Source: Parcubacteria group bacterium GW2011_GWC1_36_108
Lineage (GTDB): Bacteria > Patescibacteriota > Minisyncoccia > Moranbacterales > GWC2-37-73
Assembly (NCBI GenBank): GCA_000991245.1
Contig: LBRD01000006.1
Location: 103,340-167,339 of the forward strand
Reading direction: 5' to 3'
DNA length: 64,000 nucleotides
Part shown: positions 61,083 to 64,000 of the stretch, piece after piece
Position numbering within the stretch: the stretch's first letter is position 1
Layout of the letters: every line of letters begins with the position of its first letter
Position numbers and translations under genes: made by a program
The notes under the pieces: generated by a model
Told to the model about the DNA's origin: nothing
The model's database searches: none
The model's input: only the letters and a program-made list of their open reading frames with translations

Positions 61083-63242
61083 TTATCTCACTCTGTATTT
61101 TGACCAGACTTTTTTGCCGGATTTGTAGTCTTGAACAAACCAGTTATACACACCTACTGGTTTGTTTACTTTGTATTTTATAGAAAACTTACCTTTTGAA
61201 TCGGTGTATACGACTTTTGGAGGATAATATGATTCGTTATTGCGTTGGAAGTATACAAGAACCTTGCTTTTCTTTGGGAAATTTTTTCCACTTTGAACGA
61301 TGTAGTCTCCACTTTTGACTGTCTTTTTGGAATTCTTTATTTGTTTTGAATTCTTTTTTTCTTCATCAGAATCATTGTCATCAGAGCTGCTTGAACTGCT
61401 AGAATCTGAATCTGTTATCTTTAAATTTACATAAGTATCTGAAGTATTTCCAGCTAAGTCAAAAGCTCTGATTCTAACACTATATGTGTTTTTTGAAAGC
61501 GCTGGGGTTATTGTGTTGTCAACAACTCTCCAAGTTCCATTTTCATTTATTGCTGCAGGAAAAGAATAACTTCCGATGTATAAAGTTATTCCTACTGGAG
61601 AACCGGTGTATGTTCCATTAATTGCAGGTGTGGTATCAGTTGTTTCAAATGAAACAAATTCAGCATAAGGAAAACTAGTGTCCCAAGTTAAATACATATC
61701 GTCATATGCACTGGCACCTGAACTATCTGTTGCTGTAAGTCTTACAATGTATATTCCATCAGTATTGGCACTTACTGTTGTTGTTGCGCTGCTGGCAGAT
61801 CCGAAAACTAAAGATCCTGGACCGGATTGTTTTGTCCAAGCATAAGTAATTCCAGTTCCAGTTGCTGAACCGGAAAGTGTCGTTGTTGAAGAAACTGTTT
61901 TATCTATTCCAGCGCTAACATTACCAACCGTAGCTGTTGGCAATGATATTGTGTAAGCTGAACTCATCACGGTACTGTTAGTCATCCCAGATTTTACTGC
62001 AATTGCTTTGAGTGTTGTAGTTGAACCAATACTGATGGCGCTTGAATACACTGTTGATGAAGTGGTTGGGGTTGAACCGTCAATTGTGTAATATATTGTT
62101 GCACCTGAAGTTGAGGAAGAAAGGGTTACTGATTGAACCGAGGTATATGTTCCTGCGGCGGGAGAAGATGTTGGAGCAATAACTTGGTCAAGTGCCAACA
62201 AAGGAGCGCTACAAGAGTCATCAGCTCCTCCGTCTATGCCGGTGCAACTCCAAGTCCAAGGACCAGTTCCCGCGGGAGTTGTCGCAGTTCCAGCACTGCA
62301 AAGATTGATAGTTGGAGCAGTTGCAACAGGAACACCATTTGCGGAGCCGCAGACTCCATCAACTGGGGTAACAACCTCGCCAATCGTATAAGTCTCAGTC
62401 ATAACAGCGCTGTCTATCATACCAGCTTTAACGGCAATAGCTTTAATTGTTGTTGTATCGTATACATCAACACCGCCAGCATCATAAACAAATGATCCAG
62501 TTGTTGGAGCTGAACCATCAATTGTATAATATATTGTTGCGCCTGAGGTTGCCGAGGAAAGATACACAATCTGAGCATTTGGAAATGTTCCACCAACAGG
62601 ATCAGCCACGGGAGTCGCAACAGTCTCAGTCGCAAGAACTGAAAATGTTACAGTGGTTGAAGCGCTTACATTACCAGCCACGTCTGTGCAAGTAATTTCA
62701 ATAATCGTAACCGCATCATTAAGCATATTTCCCCAATCAAGAAAATCCATAACATGCATCAAGGTAGGGGTAGATGGATCGCTTATATTAAAACTATATT
62801 CTGCAGGCGTATTTTCTCCGACAGTCACAAGCCCCATACAGGTAGTTAACTCATCAGTAGTGGCGTTGAGAAAAACATCGACAGTTACAGCTGGTGGAAC
62901 AGGAGCTGCAATTATTGCTGGGTTATTGTAATAAGTAGCATCGTATGTAGTAAAATTTGTTGAAGTTATCAAGGGTAAAGTAGCATCTTCTTGATAAGCG
63001 ATACAATCAGAAACACATTCATCTGTGCAAGATGCATCCGTACAAGTCCAGGTCCAAGGAGCAGGAGTAGTTACCGAAGATGCCACACCAACAGAGCAAA
63101 GATTTTCCGTCGGCGCAGCAGCAAAATATGAACCATTTGCTGTGCCGCAATTAAGGCTGCCGGCAAGGGCTTGCTCAGAAAACAAAAAGATTCCGCAAAC
63201 AAAAATTGCAACAAATGTGATGATTTTTGATATTTTATGCAT
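61083..63242 (-). CDS. Secreted surface protein with Fn3-associated (chitobiase C-terminal-like), PKD-like and Cys-rich modules
   Basis: Two GATIYYTIDGS.PT repeats, YAWTKQSGPG, two CG.ANG...LCS.G...PWTW.C modules. Confidence 0.8.
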   Translation of the reverse strand: MHKISKIITFVAIFVCGIFLFSEQALAGSLNCGTANGSYFAAAPTENLCSVGVASSVTTPAPWTWTCTDASCTDECVSDCIAYQEDATLPLITSTNFTTYDATYYNNPAIIAAPVPPAVTVDVFLNATTDELTTCMGLVTVGENTPAEYSFNISDPSTPTLMHVMDFLDWGNMLNDAVTIIEITCTDVAGNVSASTTVTFSVLATETVATPVADPVGGTFPNAQIVYLSSATSGATIYYTIDGSAPTTGSFVYDAGGVDVYDTTTIKAIAVKAGMIDSAVMTETYTIGEVVTPVDGVCGSANGVPVATAPTINLCSAGTATTPAGTGPWTWSCTGIDGGADDSCSAPLLALDQVIAPTSSPAAGTYTSVQSVTLSSSTSGATIYYTIDGSTPTTSSTVYSSAISIGSTTTLKAIAVKSGMTNSTVMSSAYTISLPTATVGNVSAGIDKTVSSTTTLSGSATGTGITYAWTKQSGPGSLVFGSASSATTTVSANTDGIYIVRLTATDSSGASAYDDMYLTWDTSFPYAEFVSFETTDTTPAINGTYTGSPVGITLYIGSYSFPAAINENGTWRVVDNTITPALSKNTYSVRIRAFDLAGNTSDTYVNLKITDSDSSSSSSSDDNDSDEEKKNSKQIKNSKKTVKSGDYIVQSGKNFPKKSKVLVYFQRNNESYYPPKVVYTDSKGKFSIKYKVNKPVGVYNWFVQDYKSGKKVWSKYRVR

Positions 63243-63302
63243 TTGGTATTTTCATTAAACTTGTATTTATTTGTCTTTATTATATCACAAAACTGTTAAA
63301 AA

Positions 63303-64000
63303 CTAAACAAACGCCTTAAGCAACCACCCAAACAATGATTTTTTGCTTTCAAATTGTTTCACTTTTTCTTGGTTTTCAACATTCTTGGCTGAGAGCTGAA
63401 AACTGAAAACTTTGAGCATATCTGAAAGCTGATCGCTCTTCATCATTTTTGACAAATATTCAGCTTGCTTGGAAATATTTTCAATATCTACATTTTTCAG
63501 TTTTATTTTTTTAAGTTCTCTATATTTAGGACCAAAAAAGAAAGTTACTATCTTCCCTCTTTTTTCAATACTAATAAATGCGGTGTCTATATTTTCCTGC
63601 ACACTGTCTGAATTTTTCAAAACTATTTCCAACTCATCCAAAAAACGAACCTCTTCTTTCAATTCTTTTCTGGATTGCTCGGAAATATTTTTCAATGAAA
63701 GATTTACTGCAGCAAAAACATCTTTGTCATATTGAGATTTTATGTTCATCTTTTGAGTTTCTGTTTCTTTTTGAATAATATTTTCGCCGTCGACACCCTC
63801 CACAACATTTGGCTCAATGTTTTCATTTTGAACATCAGACTCTTCATCCAAGGAAACGTCCTCCAAAACGCCTTCGGGTGTTACTATTTGCGTTTCCAAT
63901 TGAGGATTTGCCTCATCATATTCTTCATCTGCAACCTGAGCATTAACAGCAAGCGCAAAAAAAACAATCGGCACGAAAAAGAACACTAAGAATTTATTTT
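63303..64000 (-). CDS. Hypothetical exported protein (start probably just outside the window)
   Basis: Signal-like N terminus, acidic linker, helical region ending SLFGWL. Confidence 0.65.
   Translation of the reverse strand, partial: NKFLVFFFVPIVFFALAVNAQVADEEYDEANPQLETQIVTPEGVLEDVSLDEESDVQNENIEPNVVEGVDGENIIQKETETQKMNIKSQYDKDVFAAVNLSLKNISEQSRKELKEEVRFLDELEIVLKNSDSVQENIDTAFISIEKRGKIVTFFFGPKYRELKKIKLKNVDIENISKQAEYLSKMMKSDQLSDMLKVFSFQLSAKNVENQEKVKQFESKKSLFGWLLKAFV

Overview
AT-rich bacterial window in standard code 11 whose gene content and style point to Patescibacteria/CPR (Parcubacteria-like; inference). Core loci: the 5' end of an ATP-cone (probable ribonucleotide reductase) gene with nrdR, ftsZ/ftsA, dgkA-ybeY-yqeY-rpsU-HIT-hisS-lepB, LCP-pth-dprA-topA-rel, parAB, tRNA-Leu(CAA), a full F-type ATP synthase operon, tatD and metG. 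A ~16 kb accessory island between nrdR and ftsZ carries four toxin-antitoxin modules, a radical SAM/SPASM RiPP locus with an unannotated 25-aa Cys-rich precursor, and a secreted lipase with candidate immunity genes. Three things stand out. (1) An Ehr/hydrogenase-4-like membrane complex whose large subunit lacks the NiFe cysteines and whose NuoB-like subunit has lost all four Fe-S cysteines; it lies between the ATP synthase operon and a gamma-carbonic anhydrase. (2) The RiPP locus. (3) Several families of small palindromic elements that nest in each other, insert in frame into core proteins, abut promoters and flank a GIY-YIG gene, plus inverted short-period repeat spacers in most core intergenic gaps. 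All calls are from reading the sequence; no searches were run.
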